Program-made: the position numbers and the translations under genes | From: Desulfuromonadales bacterium | Lineage (GTDB): Bacteria > Desulfobacterota > Desulfuromonadia > Desulfuromonadales > SZUA-540 | DNA length: 64,000 bases | Direction: 5' to 3' | Assembly (NCBI GenBank): GCA_033549025.1 | Contig: JAWSUS010000007.1 | Coordinates: 64,001-128,000, forward strand | The notes under the pieces: generated by a model | What the model was told of the DNA's origin: nothing | Database searches by the model: none | The model's input: only the letters and a program-made list of their open reading frames with translations | Shown: positions 20,861 to 31,809 of the stretch, one piece after another | How the letters are laid out: each line of letters starts with the position of its first letter | Numbering within the stretch: the stretch's first letter is position 1

Positions 20861-21466
20861 ATGAAGCATATAGCCGTGGCGATGACGGGAGCCTCCGGAG
20901 CCGTATATGGCGTGCGCCTGATTGAAGAACTGCTCAGGGCCAATTGCCGGGTTTCACTGGTATTGACCCGATCGGGTCTGGATGTGCTGCATCACGAAAC
21001 CGGCCTGGACTGGTTGGGCAGCAAGGCACAGCGGCAGGAAAAAATCGTCGCGCACTGTGGCGGCAGCCAGAACCTCTGTGTTTACGAAGAGCAGGATATG
21101 TTTGCCCCCCTGGCCAGCGGTTCCGCCGTACCCGAAGCCATGGTGGTCATCCCCTGCTCCATGGGGACAGCGGCCCGCCTGGCCGCCGGGGTCAGTGGGA
21201 ATCTGGTGGAACGAGCGGCCGACGTGGTGCTGAAGGAGCGCAAGGAGCTGATTCTGGTGCCGCGCGAAACACCTCTGAACCAAATCCATCTGGAAAATCT
21301 GCTCAAACTCAGTCGTGCCGGCGCCCACATCCTGCCGGCCATGCCGGGATTCTACCACCGCCCCCAAACCATGGACGATCTGGTGAACCATGTTATTGGC
21401 AAAGTTTTGGATAGTTTGGATATAGAACACACCCTGTTCCCGCGCTGGGGACAGCTGCAGGAGTAG
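20861..21466 (+). CDS. ubiX: UbiX flavin prenyltransferase
   Basis: TGASGAVY, PCSMGT, RAADVVLKERK, PRETP. Confidence 0.93.
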   Translation: MKHIAVAMTGASGAVYGVRLIEELLRANCRVSLVLTRSGLDVLHHETGLDWLGSKAQRQEKIVAHCGGSQNLCVYEEQDMFAPLASGSAVPEAMVVIPCSMGTAARLAAGVSGNLVERAADVVLKERKELILVPRETPLNQIHLENLLKLSRAGAHILPAMPGFYHRPQTMDDLVNHVIGKVLDSLDIEHTLFPRWGQLQE

Positions 21467-21470
21467 CAAG

Positions 21471-22553
21471 ATGGAAGCACTCTATGAAAAGATCAGAGCG
21501 AGAATAGCCGCGGGGGAACGAATAACCGCGGCCGAAGCCCTGGCTCTGTTTGAAGCCAAAGATCTGCTGGAAATCGGCGACCTGGCCGCGCTGGCCAATG
21601 AGCAAAAAAACGGCAAGCGGGTCTATTTCAACGTCAATCGTCATATCAATTACTCCAACGTCTGCGTCAACCAGTGTACTTTCTGCGCCTTCTGCAAAAC
21701 AACGGAAGAAAAGGGCGGTTATACCCTGGCTCTGCAGGAGATTCTGGATAAGGCGAAAGAGGCCAGCGATGCCGGCGCCACTGAAATTCACGTCGTCGGC
21801 GGACTGCATCCCGAGTTGCCCTATGAATTCTACCTTGAGATGCTTGAAAGCATCAAAAAAACCTGCCCGCAGGTTCATCTCAAGGCCTTTACCGCCGTGG
21901 AAATCGATTACTTCAGCAAGCTCTCCGGTCGTTCGGTGGAGCAGGTTATTGAGGATTTGAAGGACGCCGGCTTGGGCTCGATGCCGGGGGGCGGGGCCGA
22001 AATATTCGCGCCAGCGGTGCGTGAGAAGATCTGCCCCGAAAAGATCACGGGCGCCCGCTGGCTCGAAGTGGTGGAAAAGGTGCACCAGGCGGGACTTAAA
22101 ACCAATGCCACCATGCTGTTCGGCCATCTCGAATCCGACGCAGACCGGGTGGACCACTTGGATAAGCTGCGTGCCCTGCAGGATCGCACGGGCGGTTTTC
22201 AGGCCTTTATTCCCCTGGCTTTTCAGCCTGACAACACGCGGGTTCCCGGCGCCAAAGGCGTCGGCGGCGTCGATGCCCTCAAAACCCTCGCCATCAGCCG
22301 CATCTATCTCGACAATTTTCTGCACATCAAGGCTTACTGGGTCATGCTCGGCCTGAAAATCGCCCAGGTCGCCCTGGCCTTTGGCGTGAACGATCTGGAT
22401 GGCACCGTGGTGGAAGAAAAAATCGGGCATGACGCCGGAGCCGAGTCGCCCCAGATTCTGGCCAAGGAACACCTGGTGGACATGATCCGCAAGGCAGGCA
22501 AGATACCCGTGGAGCGCGATACCCTCTACCGGGAACTGGGAGAGGCGACATGA
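21471..22553 (+). CDS. mqnE: Aminofutalosine synthase (radical SAM)
   Basis: CVNQCTFC, EIHVVGGLHP, HIKAYW, GTVVEEKIGH. Confidence 0.88.
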   Translation: MEALYEKIRARIAAGERITAAEALALFEAKDLLEIGDLAALANEQKNGKRVYFNVNRHINYSNVCVNQCTFCAFCKTTEEKGGYTLALQEILDKAKEASDAGATEIHVVGGLHPELPYEFYLEMLESIKKTCPQVHLKAFTAVEIDYFSKLSGRSVEQVIEDLKDAGLGSMPGGGAEIFAPAVREKICPEKITGARWLEVVEKVHQAGLKTNATMLFGHLESDADRVDHLDKLRALQDRTGGFQAFIPLAFQPDNTRVPGAKGVGGVDALKTLAISRIYLDNFLHIKAYWVMLGLKIAQVALAFGVNDLDGTVVEEKIGHDAGAESPQILAKEHLVDMIRKAGKIPVERDTLYRELGEAT

Positions 22554-23623
22554 GCGCAGAACTGTCCCAGGTGGTGGAAAAGGTGCGTCAGGGCAAAGGC
22601 ATCGACCGGGCCGAAGCCCTGATCTTGCTTGAGCAGGCGGATCTGCTGACGCTGGGAAAGCTGGCCGATGTGTTGCGACGCCAGAAACATCCCCACGGCA
22701 GGGTGACTTTCGTGGTCGACCGCAACGTCAATTACACCAACGTCTGCCAGTCCCGCTGCCGCTTCTGCGCCTTCTACCGAAATGCGGAGGCCAAGGATGC
22801 CTATCTGCTTTCCCACGACAAGATTCTCGCCAAGGTGCAGGAGTTGGCGGACCATGGCGGCACCCAGCTTCTCATGCAGGGGGGGCTGCACCCTGATCTC
22901 AAGATTGACTGGTTTGAAACTCTCTTCCTTCGAATCAAGGCAGCTTTTCCCTCCATGCAGGTGCATTCTCTCTCTCCTGCCGAGGTTATCCATGTGGCCC
23001 GTCTTTCCGGCCTCAGTATGAAGGAATGCCTCTTGCGTCTGCAGGCCGCCGGTCTCGATTCGGTACCGGGGGGTGGCGCCGAGGTGCTCGTCGACGAGGT
23101 GCGCCAGCAGATCTCCCCCAACAAGATCGGCTGGCAGCAATGGGCGCAGGTCATGAAGGCCGCTCACGGCCTCGGCATGCGCACGACGGCGACCATGATG
23201 TTCGGCTCCAGGGAAGGGGCGCGGGACATCGTCGAGCATCTCTTCCGCATTCGGGAAATCCAGCAGGAAACGGGTGGTTTTACCGCCTTCATACCCTGGA
23301 CCTTTCAGCCGGATAATACGGAACTGGGGGGCCAGGTGGCGACGGGGGTCGAATACCTGAAGGTGCTGGCGCTATCGCGCCTGGTGCTGGACAACATCGA
23401 CAACATCCAGGCCAGCTGGGTGACCCAGGGGGACAAGATGGCCCAGGTGGCCCTCTTTTTCGGGGCCAACGACCTGGGGGGAACCATGCTCGAAGAGAAT
23501 GTTGTGGCCGCCGCCGGGGTGACCTTCCGCCTGTCGCAGGACGAAATCATTGCGCTGGCGCGCGAGGCCGGCTTCATTCCAGCCAAACGCAACACCCTCT
23601 ATCAGATATTGCAGGAATATTGA
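22550..23623 (+). CDS. mqnC: Cyclic dehypoxanthine futalosine synthase (radical SAM)
   Basis: [40 protein letters not shown]. Confidence 0.9.
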   Translation: MSAELSQVVEKVRQGKGIDRAEALILLEQADLLTLGKLADVLRRQKHPHGRVTFVVDRNVNYTNVCQSRCRFCAFYRNAEAKDAYLLSHDKILAKVQELADHGGTQLLMQGGLHPDLKIDWFETLFLRIKAAFPSMQVHSLSPAEVIHVARLSGLSMKECLLRLQAAGLDSVPGGGAEVLVDEVRQQISPNKIGWQQWAQVMKAAHGLGMRTTATMMFGSREGARDIVEHLFRIREIQQETGGFTAFIPWTFQPDNTELGGQVATGVEYLKVLALSRLVLDNIDNIQASWVTQGDKMAQVALFFGANDLGGTMLEENVVAAAGVTFRLSQDEIIALAREAGFIPAKRNTLYQILQEY

Positions 23624-23645
23624 ACGGACAGAAAAGGACGACACC

Positions 23646-24698
23646 ATGAGTTGCCTGCGCCCCAATATCGCCCAAATGGCCGGCTATGTGCCGGGGTATC
23701 AGCCTCCGGACAGCGAGGCTTGGATCAAGCTCAACACCAATGAAAACCCCTATCCCCCCTCGCCGCAGGTGGTGGAAGCCATCCGCCGGGAGCTGGGGGA
23801 AAAGGGCGACTCCCTGCGCATGTACCCGGATGCCGGCAGCCTTCGGGTTCGGCAGGAGGCGGCGGCGCTCTACGGTTTCGAGCCCACCTGCGTGATCACC
23901 GCCAACGGTTCCGACGAGCTGCTCAACAACCTCATCCGCGCCTTTGCGGGAGAGGGCGAAGAGGTCGCCTATATCCATCCCTCCTACTCCTACTACGCGA
24001 CTCTGGCCCAAATCCAGGGGGCCAAAATCCGCACCTTCGGCCTGACGGCAGATTACCGCATCGCCGACTTTCCGGCGCGCTACGAAGGCAAGCTCTTTTT
24101 TCTCACCAGCCCCAACGCGCCCCTGGGCTTTGCCTTTCCCCTGGACTATATCGCCGATATCGCCTGCCGCTGCGCCGGCATGCTGGTCATCGACGAGGCC
24201 TACGTCGACTTCGCCGAGACCAATGCGTTGGAGTTGGTCAAGCAGTTCGACAATGTGGTGGTCACCCGGACCTTCTCCAAGAGCTATTCCCTGGCCGGCA
24301 TGCGCCTCGGCCTCGCCGTGGCCCGGCCGGAGGTTATCCAGGCGCTGGACAAGATACGGGATCATTACCACCTGGATCGTCTCGCTCTCGCTGCGGCCGG
24401 TGCGGCCCTGCGCGACCAGGCCTATCTGGCCGAAACCGTGGGCCGGATACATGACACCAGGGAGTGGTTTTCGGCCCAACTGCGAGATCTCGGTTACACG
24501 CTGGTCGCTTCACAAACGAACTTCATTTTTGCTTCTCCTCCCGACCGCAATGGCAAGAGGGTTTACGAGGGGCTCTACGCCCGCAAGATCCTGGTGCGCT
24601 ATTTTACCGACCCGCTGCTGGCCCACGGGCTGCGCATTACCATAGGGAACCGGTCGGAGATGGAGCAGACCCTGGCGGTTCTCAAGGAACTGGGGTGA
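23646..24698 (+). CDS. hisC: Histidinol-phosphate aminotransferase
   Basis: [34 protein letters not shown]; start chosen by RBS. Confidence 0.92.
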   Translation: MSCLRPNIAQMAGYVPGYQPPDSEAWIKLNTNENPYPPSPQVVEAIRRELGEKGDSLRMYPDAGSLRVRQEAAALYGFEPTCVITANGSDELLNNLIRAFAGEGEEVAYIHPSYSYYATLAQIQGAKIRTFGLTADYRIADFPARYEGKLFFLTSPNAPLGFAFPLDYIADIACRCAGMLVIDEAYVDFAETNALELVKQFDNVVVTRTFSKSYSLAGMRLGLAVARPEVIQALDKIRDHYHLDRLALAAAGAALRDQAYLAETVGRIHDTREWFSAQLRDLGYTLVASQTNFIFASPPDRNGKRVYEGLYARKILVRYFTDPLLAHGLRITIGNRSEMEQTLAVLKELG

Positions 24699-25843
24699 GA
24701 GGAGAACCTTCGCCAGTCAGGGATGCCAGGGTGGAGCCCGACGTCTTCGCCCGGGCTCTGCTGGCCTGGTACAACGATCAGGGCCGGGAGCTTCCGTGGC
24801 GGCAGACCCGCGATCCCTACCGAATCTGGCTCTCCGAGGTTATGCTGCAACAGACGGGGGTCGCCGCCGTCATCCCCTATTACCAGCGTTTTCTCGAACG
24901 CTATCCTGCCGTCGAGGCGTTGGCCGCGGCGCCGATTGAAGAGGTGGTCGACCTTTGGGCCGGCCTCGGCTACTATTCCAGAGCCAGAAACCTGCATGCC
25001 GCCGCCCGCCAGATCGTGGCGTGTTTCCACGGGCGTTTTCCCGCCACCGTGGCGGAACTTCAGTCCCTGCCCGGTGTGGGACGCTCCACGGCTGGGGCCA
25101 TTGCCGCCCTCGCTTTTGAAAAGCCCGCTCCCATTCTTGACGGCAACGTCCGCCGCATTCTGTGCCGGCTTTTTGCCTGGCAGGAAGTCCCCACCACCGC
25201 CGGGGCTCAGCGGCAGCTGTGGGAGTGGGCCGAGGCACTCACGCCGGCGGTGAGAGTGCATGACTACACCCAGGCCATCATGGACCTGGGCGCTACCGTC
25301 TGCCTGCCCCGCAATCCCCGCTGTCCCGACTGCCCCGTCGCCTGCTTCTGCCTGGGGCACGCCCTGGGGCTGGAAAAGAGCCTTCCCCAGCGGCAACCCC
25401 CCAAAGCCGTGCCTACCGAAGTTCAGGTCGTTCTCGTCCTGGTCTGGGGAGGCCGCCTCCTCGTCCGCCGCCGACCCCTACAGGGTCTACTGGGAGGGCT
25501 GTGGGAGTTTCCCGGTCGTCAACCTGTCAGCGGGCAAACCCCGGAGCAGGCTGCCGCGGAGGAGCTGCGGGAGAGGGGGCTGTCGGGGCGATTGCAGGCT
25601 GTCGGCACGATCCGGCATGCCTACAGTCATTTTCGTGTGCAGGTCGAGGTCTTTAAAGCCCAGATCCAGAAAATCGACGGCGTGGCCGAAGGGGGAGGTG
25701 GCGAACAGTGGCTGCCGGAAAAGGCGCTGTTGGATTTGCCCCTGCACGGCGCCCATAAAAAGGTACTGGGCCTGCTTCATGAGAAGCCGGCTCGTTCATC
25801 AGGCAAGGAGAAGACCATTGAAAGTCACAACCGACAGGATTGA
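24695..25843 (+). CDS. mutY: A/G-specific adenine glycosylase
   Basis: [24 protein letters not shown], Hh[10 protein letters not shown], Fe[13 protein letters not shown]; start approximate. Confidence 0.93.
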   Translation: MRGEPSPVRDARVEPDVFARALLAWYNDQGRELPWRQTRDPYRIWLSEVMLQQTGVAAVIPYYQRFLERYPAVEALAAAPIEEVVDLWAGLGYYSRARNLHAAARQIVACFHGRFPATVAELQSLPGVGRSTAGAIAALAFEKPAPILDGNVRRILCRLFAWQEVPTTAGAQRQLWEWAEALTPAVRVHDYTQAIMDLGATVCLPRNPRCPDCPVACFCLGHALGLEKSLPQRQPPKAVPTEVQVVLVLVWGGRLLVRRRPLQGLLGGLWEFPGRQPVSGQTPEQAAAEELRERGLSGRLQAVGTIRHAYSHFRVQVEVFKAQIQKIDGVAEGGGGEQWLPEKALLDLPLHGAHKKVLGLLHEKPARSSGKEKTIESHNRQD

Positions 25844-26957
25844 GATTATAACGACCGCTCCGGCCCTGGCCGCCTTCGCTCAAAAACTCGCCGGACAAAG
25901 CAGCATCGCCGTCGATCTTGAAGCGGATTCCATGCACTCCTACCGGGAAAAGGTCTGCCTGCTGCAATTCACCACGGAAGAGGAGACGGTCCTCGTCGAT
26001 CCCCTGGCCGTAACCGACCTGGCACCCCTGGGCCCGGTGCTGGCGAACCCGGGAATCCGCAAGATCTTTCACGCGGCCGACTATGATATCCGCTGTCTCT
26101 ACCGCGATTTTTCCCTGGAGATCAACGGGCTTTTCGACACCATGATCGCCTGCCAATTTTTGGGGGAAGAGAAGGTCGGCCTGGCCGATGTCCTGCTCAA
26201 ATATTTCGGTATCGAGCTGGACAAGCAGTATCAGAGGGCCGACTGGTCCAAAAGGCCCCTTTCACCGGAGATGATTCGCTATGCCGCCGAGGACACGGCC
26301 CATCTGCACCGGCTGGTGATTATTCTGGAAGAGGCGTTGCAGGAAAAAGGTCGTCTGACTTGGGTGCAGGAAGAATGGAGACTGTTGGAAAAGGTGCGCC
26401 ATAGCGAGCCCGGGGGGCCACTTTTTCTGCGCCTCAAGGGAGCCGGAGCGCTGCCCCGCCGGTCGCTGGCCGTACTGGAGGCCCTTCTGCAGTGGCGGGA
26501 CAGGGAAGCGCAGCGACGGGATTGCCCCCATTTCAAAGTGCTGGGCAATAAATCGCTCTTGCAGCTGGCGCGAACCATGCCCCATTCTCTGCAGGGGCTG
26601 GTGGGCATCGAGGGGATTTCTCCCCGGGTGGTGGATCGCTACGGCAAAAGTCTGCTGGCGGCGGTAGAGGTCGGCAAGGCCGTCCCCGAGGGGGAGCTGC
26701 CTTCTTTTCCCCGCACGGAGCGCCGTGTGCGCGACGAAAAGGTCGATCAGCGGCTGGCCCACCTGAAGGCTTGGCGGGCCGAAAAAGCCGCCGAGTTGCA
26801 GATGGATCCGGGCATTGTCATCAACAATGCTCTCCTGGAGGAGATCGCCTGGCGCGAGCCACACAACGAAGAGGCTCTGCGCCAGATCCCCGGCCTCAAA
26901 AACTGGCAGGGGGAGGTATTGGCAGAGGGCCTCTTGCAGACACTGGCCGGGGCGTAA
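25818..26957 (+). CDS. rnd: Ribonuclease D (DEDDy exonuclease + HRDC)
   Basis: AVDLEAD, FHAADYD, DWSKRPL, YAAED; TTG start after AAGGAG. Confidence 0.88.
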   Translation: MKVTTDRIEIITTAPALAAFAQKLAGQSSIAVDLEADSMHSYREKVCLLQFTTEEETVLVDPLAVTDLAPLGPVLANPGIRKIFHAADYDIRCLYRDFSLEINGLFDTMIACQFLGEEKVGLADVLLKYFGIELDKQYQRADWSKRPLSPEMIRYAAEDTAHLHRLVIILEEALQEKGRLTWVQEEWRLLEKVRHSEPGGPLFLRLKGAGALPRRSLAVLEALLQWRDREAQRRDCPHFKVLGNKSLLQLARTMPHSLQGLVGIEGISPRVVDRYGKSLLAAVEVGKAVPEGELPSFPRTERRVRDEKVDQRLAHLKAWRAEKAAELQMDPGIVINNALLEEIAWREPHNEEALRQIPGLKNWQGEVLAEGLLQTLAGA

Positions 26958-26969
26958 GTTTTTCCCCCG

Positions 26970-28373
26970 TCAACCCTTTTTGCCGGGAATACCCGGGGCG
27001 GTCATCGGCTGCGGGTCGAGCAGGCGTTCTAATTCCGCCTCGTCCAGAACCTGCTCCTCCCGGGCTACTTCCCGTACGGTTCGGCCGCTTTCGTGGGCTT
27101 TTTTGGCGATCTGGGCGGCCCGGTCGTAGCCGATGACCGGAGCCAGCGACGTGACCATGGCCAGACTCTTTTCTACGGTGGCTTCGCAATGGGCCCGGTC
27201 GGCCTGCAGGTCTTGCACGCAGCGCCGCGTAAACTGGGTGACGCCGCTGGATAGCAGGGCGATAGATTCCAGCAGGTTGTGGGCGAGGAGGGGCATCATC
27301 ACGTTGAGCTCGAAGTTGCCCGATAATCCCCCCAGGGTGATGGCGGCATCGTTGCCGACCACCTGGGCACAGACCTGCATGAGGCTTTCGGCCATGACGG
27401 GGTTGACCTTGCCCGGCATGATCGAGCTGCCCGGCTGCACCGACGGCAGGATCAGCTCCCCCAACCCGCAGCGCGGCCCGCTGCCGAGGAAGCGGATGTC
27501 ATTGCTGATCTTGAACAGGGCGCTGGCGCAGGTCTTGAGGGCACCGCTGGCGTAGACCACCGCATCCTTGCCGCCCTGGGCCTCGAAATGATTGGACGCT
27601 TCGCGAAAGGGGAGACCAGTCACCTCAGCCAGCCCGGTGATGACCCTGCCGGCGAATTGCGGGTGGGTGTTGATGCCCGTCCCTACGGCTGTACCGCCGA
27701 GGGGGAGTTCCATGAGTCCTTCCAGGGCCGTTTCCAGGCGACGGTTGGCCAGCGCCACCTGCCGGGCGTAGCCGGAAAATACCTGGCCCAGCCGGATCGG
27801 GGTGGCGTCCTGCAGGTGCGTGCGGCCGATCTTGATGATATCGGCAAAGGCTTCGGCTTTTTCTCCCAACGCCTCCTGCAGGGCGAAGAGAGCGGGAATG
27901 AGGCTGTGGCGGATCTCCACGGCGGCGGCTATGTGGATGGCGGAGGGAATGACGTCGTTGCTCGACTGCCCCAGATTGACGTGATCATTGGGGTGGATCG
28001 TTCGGTCCCCCTCCCAGCCTTCCAGTTGGATGGCCCGGTTGGCAATGACCTCGTTGGCGTTCATGTTGGTGCTGGTGCCCGAGCCGGTCTGGAAAATATC
28101 AAGGACGAAATGGCGGTCGAGTTCGCCGCGGACGACCTCTTCGGCTGCCTCCATGACAGCCATGGCCCGTTCGCTGTCTAACAGGCCCAGTTCCATGTTT
28201 ACCCGTGCGGCTCTCTCCTTGATCATGCCCAAAGCGCGCAGGAAGGGGCGCGGGAAGCGGTATCCTGAAATGGGAAAGTTCTCCTGGGCTCTCGCCGTCT
28301 GGGCTCCGTAAAGGGCGTCGGCGGGTACGACCATTTCTCCCATGGAGTCTCTCTCGAGGCGTGTTTCGGACAT
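26970..28373 (-). CDS. fumC: Class II fumarate hydratase
   Basis: QTGSGTSTNMNANE, GRTHLQDATP, GSSIMPGKVNP. Confidence 0.93.
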   Translation of the reverse strand: MSETRLERDSMGEMVVPADALYGAQTARAQENFPISGYRFPRPFLRALGMIKERAARVNMELGLLDSERAMAVMEAAEEVVRGELDRHFVLDIFQTGSGTSTNMNANEVIANRAIQLEGWEGDRTIHPNDHVNLGQSSNDVIPSAIHIAAAVEIRHSLIPALFALQEALGEKAEAFADIIKIGRTHLQDATPIRLGQVFSGYARQVALANRRLETALEGLMELPLGGTAVGTGINTHPQFAGRVITGLAEVTGLPFREASNHFEAQGGKDAVVYASGALKTCASALFKISNDIRFLGSGPRCGLGELILPSVQPGSSIMPGKVNPVMAESLMQVCAQVVGNDAAITLGGLSGNFELNVMMPLLAHNLLESIALLSSGVTQFTRRCVQDLQADRAHCEATVEKSLAMVTSLAPVIGYDRAAQIAKKAHESGRTVREVAREEQVLDEAELERLLDPQPMTAPGIPGKKG

Positions 28374-28558
28374 GGCGTCTCTCCTTGTAAGTCGCGATAG
28401 GCTCTGAAAATTCTGTTCCGTGCCAGGGGTCTGACTTTTGAGAATAGCAATCTCCCCTTTCCTGTCAACGGGTTCTGTTGCCGGAAGCCTAAATTCTCCC
28501 TTTAACGGGACCTCTTATTGGCTTTGCCTGCCGCCGAGGCTTGGCGTATGATGTGCCC

Positions 28559-29431
28559 ATGAGCACCCTGGCCCTGCTTCTCATCCTGTTTTCCGCCTTC
28601 ATGCACGCCTTGTGGAACCTGCTGGTCAAACGCAGCCGGGACAAGACGGTCTTTATCTGGTGGATGTTCGTGGCCTCGGCCGGTTGCCTGCAGGTGGTCC
28701 TGCCTTTTTGGGCCGAGCCCTTTCCTCCCCTGAACCCGGCGGTGCTTTTGCTGGGGGTGGCCGGTGCCGCCTGTTTTGTCCTCTATCACCTCTTCAACGG
28801 CCGTGCGTACCGCGATGGCGACCTGTCCCTGACCTATCCTTTGGCCCAGACCTCCATGCTGTACGTCCCCCTTTGGGGGGTGTGGCTGCTGGGGGAGCGG
28901 ATCTCGCTGCTGGGGCTGGCCGGCATTCTCTTGATCCTCTGTGGTGCTTGGGCAGTGCAGTTGCAGCGCTTTTCCCTGCGCGAAATTACCCGGCCCGTGC
29001 GCAACCTGCGGAACCCGTCAGTGCAGGCCGCTCTCGCCGCCGGGTTTATCTACTCCTTGGGGGCGGTGGTCGACAAGGCGGGGGTGAGTCTCTATCCCCC
29101 CTTTTATTTTACCTATCTGCTGGTCATGTTCATGCTGCTCTTGATGACCCTTAACCTGTTGCGCAGTCCTTATCGCGGTCGCATTCTGAGCGAGTGGCGT
29201 CAAAGCAGGAGCCTGGTGCTGCTGTCCGGGCCGGTTATGATGGGGTCGTTTCTCTCTTTTCGTTACGGGCTGAGCCTGGCCCCCATGAGCTATGCGGTGC
29301 CGGTGCGCCAGGTCAGTCTGCTGATCGGCGTCCTCATCGGGATCCTCTTTCTGGGGGAGACCTGCGGGCGCATCCGGTTTTCGGCCACTTTGCTCATTCT
29401 GGCCGGCGTGGTTCTGATCCGCCTCGGTTGA
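28559..29431 (+). CDS. EamA/DMT-family transporter
   Basis: About 10 TM helices in two repeats, HALWN and GDLSLTYPLA motifs. Confidence 0.82.
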   Translation: MSTLALLLILFSAFMHALWNLLVKRSRDKTVFIWWMFVASAGCLQVVLPFWAEPFPPLNPAVLLLGVAGAACFVLYHLFNGRAYRDGDLSLTYPLAQTSMLYVPLWGVWLLGERISLLGLAGILLILCGAWAVQLQRFSLREITRPVRNLRNPSVQAALAAGFIYSLGAVVDKAGVSLYPPFYFTYLLVMFMLLLMTLNLLRSPYRGRILSEWRQSRSLVLLSGPVMMGSFLSFRYGLSLAPMSYAVPVRQVSLLIGVLIGILFLGETCGRIRFSATLLILAGVVLIRLG

Positions 29432-29461
29432 GTCCGGGCGGTACTTGAAAGGACAAGCACA

Positions 29462-30034
29462 ATGAAAAATCTGGCGAATTTCTTTTTTGAGGTCGGCATG
29501 CTCAAGCGCACCCCCCGTACGGGTTTCCAGTTTCTGGGTTCCGGGGCCGAGTCAGTCGCCGAACATTCCTTCCGCACCGCCATCATCGGCTTTACTCTGG
29601 CCCATCTCGATGACGGGGTCGATACGGGCAAGGTGGTGCAGATGTGCCTCTTTCACGATATCCCTGAGGCCCGCACCGGCGACCTCAATTACGTGAATAA
29701 AAAGTATGTCAAAGCCGACGAGGAAAAAGCCGTGGAAGACCTGGCCCGCACGCTGCCCTTTGGTGACGATTACCGGGCACTGCTGGAGGAGTTCGGTCGC
29801 AAGGAGAGCCGCGAGGCTCAAATCGCCCATGATGCCGATCAGCTCGAGATGATATTGGCGCTTAAAGAGCACAAGGATCTCGGCAACCGCAATGCAGACG
29901 AATGGTATCCGTTTGCGGTGCGCCGACTCAGAACCGACGGGGCCCGCCGTCTCGCCGAAACCATCTGGACCACAGATTCCAGCCGCTGGTGGTTCGATGA
30001 CGACGGCGATTGGTGGGTGAACGGCAAGCGCTAA
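29462..30034 (+). CDS. HD-domain hydrolase (YfbR-like 5'-deoxynucleotidase family)
   Basis: LKRTPRTG, ESVAEHS, FHDIPEARTGD, DADQLE. Confidence 0.85.
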   Translation: MKNLANFFFEVGMLKRTPRTGFQFLGSGAESVAEHSFRTAIIGFTLAHLDDGVDTGKVVQMCLFHDIPEARTGDLNYVNKKYVKADEEKAVEDLARTLPFGDDYRALLEEFGRKESREAQIAHDADQLEMILALKEHKDLGNRNADEWYPFAVRRLRTDGARRLAETIWTTDSSRWWFDDDGDWWVNGKR

Positions 30035-30119
30035 CACAGGGTGGAGGCAAGCGGCTTGACTGCCTGAGGCGAAGGTGCTAGAAATAAGGGCTTTTTACAG
30101 CCAACATGGGGGTGCGTTC

Positions 30120-31391
30120 ATGCTTGACATCAAATATCTGCGCGACAATCTGGACGAAGCCGAACGGCGTCTGGCCACCCGGGGCGGGGCTCTCGACCTT
30201 TCTGCCTTTCGGGGGCTCGATCAGCGGCGGCGCGAGCTTTTGGGGGAATCCGAATCGCTCAAGGCCGAAAAAAACAAGGTCTCCGCCCTTATCGGGCAGA
30301 CCAAAGATAAAAGTCAGGTTCAGACCGAGATCGCCCGCATGAAGGAGGTCTCCGCCCGCATCAAGACCCTCGATGACGAGCTCAAGGCCGTCGAGGAGCA
30401 GCTGCAGGGCCTGCTGATGACCGTTCCCAATATCCCTCACGAGAAATGCCCGGTCGGCGCCTCGGAGGACGACAACCGCGAAGTGCGCGTCTGGGGCTCC
30501 CGTCCCCAATTCGACTTTGCTCCCAAGCCGCACTGGGAAATCGGTGAGCAGCTCCGTATTCTCGACTTCGAGTGTGCCGGCAAGCTGACTGGGGCCCGTT
30601 TTGCCCTCTACCGGGGAGCCGGTGCCCGCCTGGAAAGAGCCCTGATCAACTTTATGCTCGACCTGCATACAACCCGCCATAAATATATTGAAATTTTGCC
30701 GCCCTTTATGGTAAATAGGGTCTCCATGACGGGGACAGGACAGCTCCCCAAGTTTGAAGACGATCTTTTTCATTTAGAAGACCCGGATTTTTTCCTCATC
30801 CCGACGGCCGAGGTTCCTGTAACCAATATCCATCGGGACGAGATTCTGGCGGCTGGTACGCTACCGGTCCTTTACACGGCTTATACGCCCTGCTTCCGCA
30901 AGGAAGCCGGATCCCATGGCAAGGATACGCGTGGCCTTATCCGCCAGCACCAGTTCAACAAAGTTGAGCTGGTCAAGTTTGTCCGGCCGGAGCAGTCCGA
31001 CGCTGAACTGGAAAGCCTGCTGGATAACGCCGAGGAGGTGCTCCGGCAATTGGGGCTTCCCTACAGAGTCGTGGATCTCTGTACGGGGGACATCGGCTTC
31101 TCCGCCGCCCGCACCTTCGACATCGAAGTCTGGCTGCCCGGACAGGATGCCTACAGGGAAATATCCTCCTGCTCCAACTTCCGCGATTTTCAGGCTCGCC
31201 GGGCCGGTATTCGTTTCCGGCGGGAAGAAGGAGAGCGGCCCGAATTCGTTCATACGCTGAATGGATCCGGACTGGCGGTAGGACGCACCCTGGTGGCGAT
31301 TCTCGAAAACTACCAGCAGGCCGACGGGTCGGTGCTGATCCCGGAAGTCCTCCGGCCCTACATGGGCGGCTTGGAGCGCATCGAAGCCTGA
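30120..31391 (+). CDS. serS: Serine--tRNA ligase
   Basis: [36 protein letters not shown]. Confidence 0.97.
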   Translation: MLDIKYLRDNLDEAERRLATRGGALDLSAFRGLDQRRRELLGESESLKAEKNKVSALIGQTKDKSQVQTEIARMKEVSARIKTLDDELKAVEEQLQGLLMTVPNIPHEKCPVGASEDDNREVRVWGSRPQFDFAPKPHWEIGEQLRILDFECAGKLTGARFALYRGAGARLERALINFMLDLHTTRHKYIEILPPFMVNRVSMTGTGQLPKFEDDLFHLEDPDFFLIPTAEVPVTNIHRDEILAAGTLPVLYTAYTPCFRKEAGSHGKDTRGLIRQHQFNKVELVKFVRPEQSDAELESLLDNAEEVLRQLGLPYRVVDLCTGDIGFSAARTFDIEVWLPGQDAYREISSCSNFRDFQARRAGIRFRREEGERPEFVHTLNGSGLAVGRTLVAILENYQQADGSVLIPEVLRPYMGGLERIEA

Positions 31392-31403
31392 TAAAGTGAC
31401 TGC

Positions 31404-31469
31404 GGAGGAGTGGCCGAGTGGTTTAAGGCGGCGGTCTTGAAAACCGTTGTACGAAAGTACCGTGGGTTC
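31404..31469 (+). pseudogene. 5' part of host tRNA-Ser(UGA), broken at the T-loop by the integrative element
   Basis: GGAGGAG acceptor 5' strand, D arm, anticodon loop CTTGAAA, variable arm; sequence stops after GTGGGTTC and the remainder is at 47146-47165. Confidence 0.93.
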
Positions 31470-31484
31470 TTATATCCGCCTCAG
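31470..31484. repeat. Left terminal inverted repeat TTATATCCGCCTCAG
   Basis: 12/15 match to the reverse complement of 47125-47139. Confidence 0.82.
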
Positions 31485-31533
31485 AACGCTGCACGTTTTA
31501 AAAACAATTGATAATTATTTTTATATAGAACTA

Positions 31534-31623
31534 GGTGGGCTGGCCGAGTGGTTGAAGGCGCTGGTCTTGAAAACCAGAAGCGATTAACGTCGCTCCGGGG
31601 TTCGAATCCCTGGCCCACCGCCA
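31534..31623 (+). tRNA. tRNA-Ser(UGA), intact and carried by the element
   Basis: Acceptor GGTGGGC/GCCCACC, anticodon stem CTGGT/ACCAG with TGA, long variable arm, GTTCGAATC, ends GCCA. Confidence 0.95.
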
Positions 31624-31633
31624 AAATAATAGT

Positions 31634-31674
31634 AAAAACGGGGACCTAGAGGATTCTGGGTCCCCGTTTTTTTT
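31634..31674 (+). terminator. Intrinsic terminator after the element's tRNA
   Basis: AAAAACGGGGACCTAGA..TCTGGGTCCCCG followed by T8. Confidence 0.85.
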
Positions 31675-31809
31675 GTCGTAACTCTCACATTCCCCTCTCC
31701 GCAAACCATAGTGCGCAGTAAAATAGCTGCGTCCTGTTGTGTTCCGCTAATCTTCCTATATACTGTCCCTCGAAAGTTACTGCGCTTTATTTCCTCGTCG
31801 GAGGGGTCT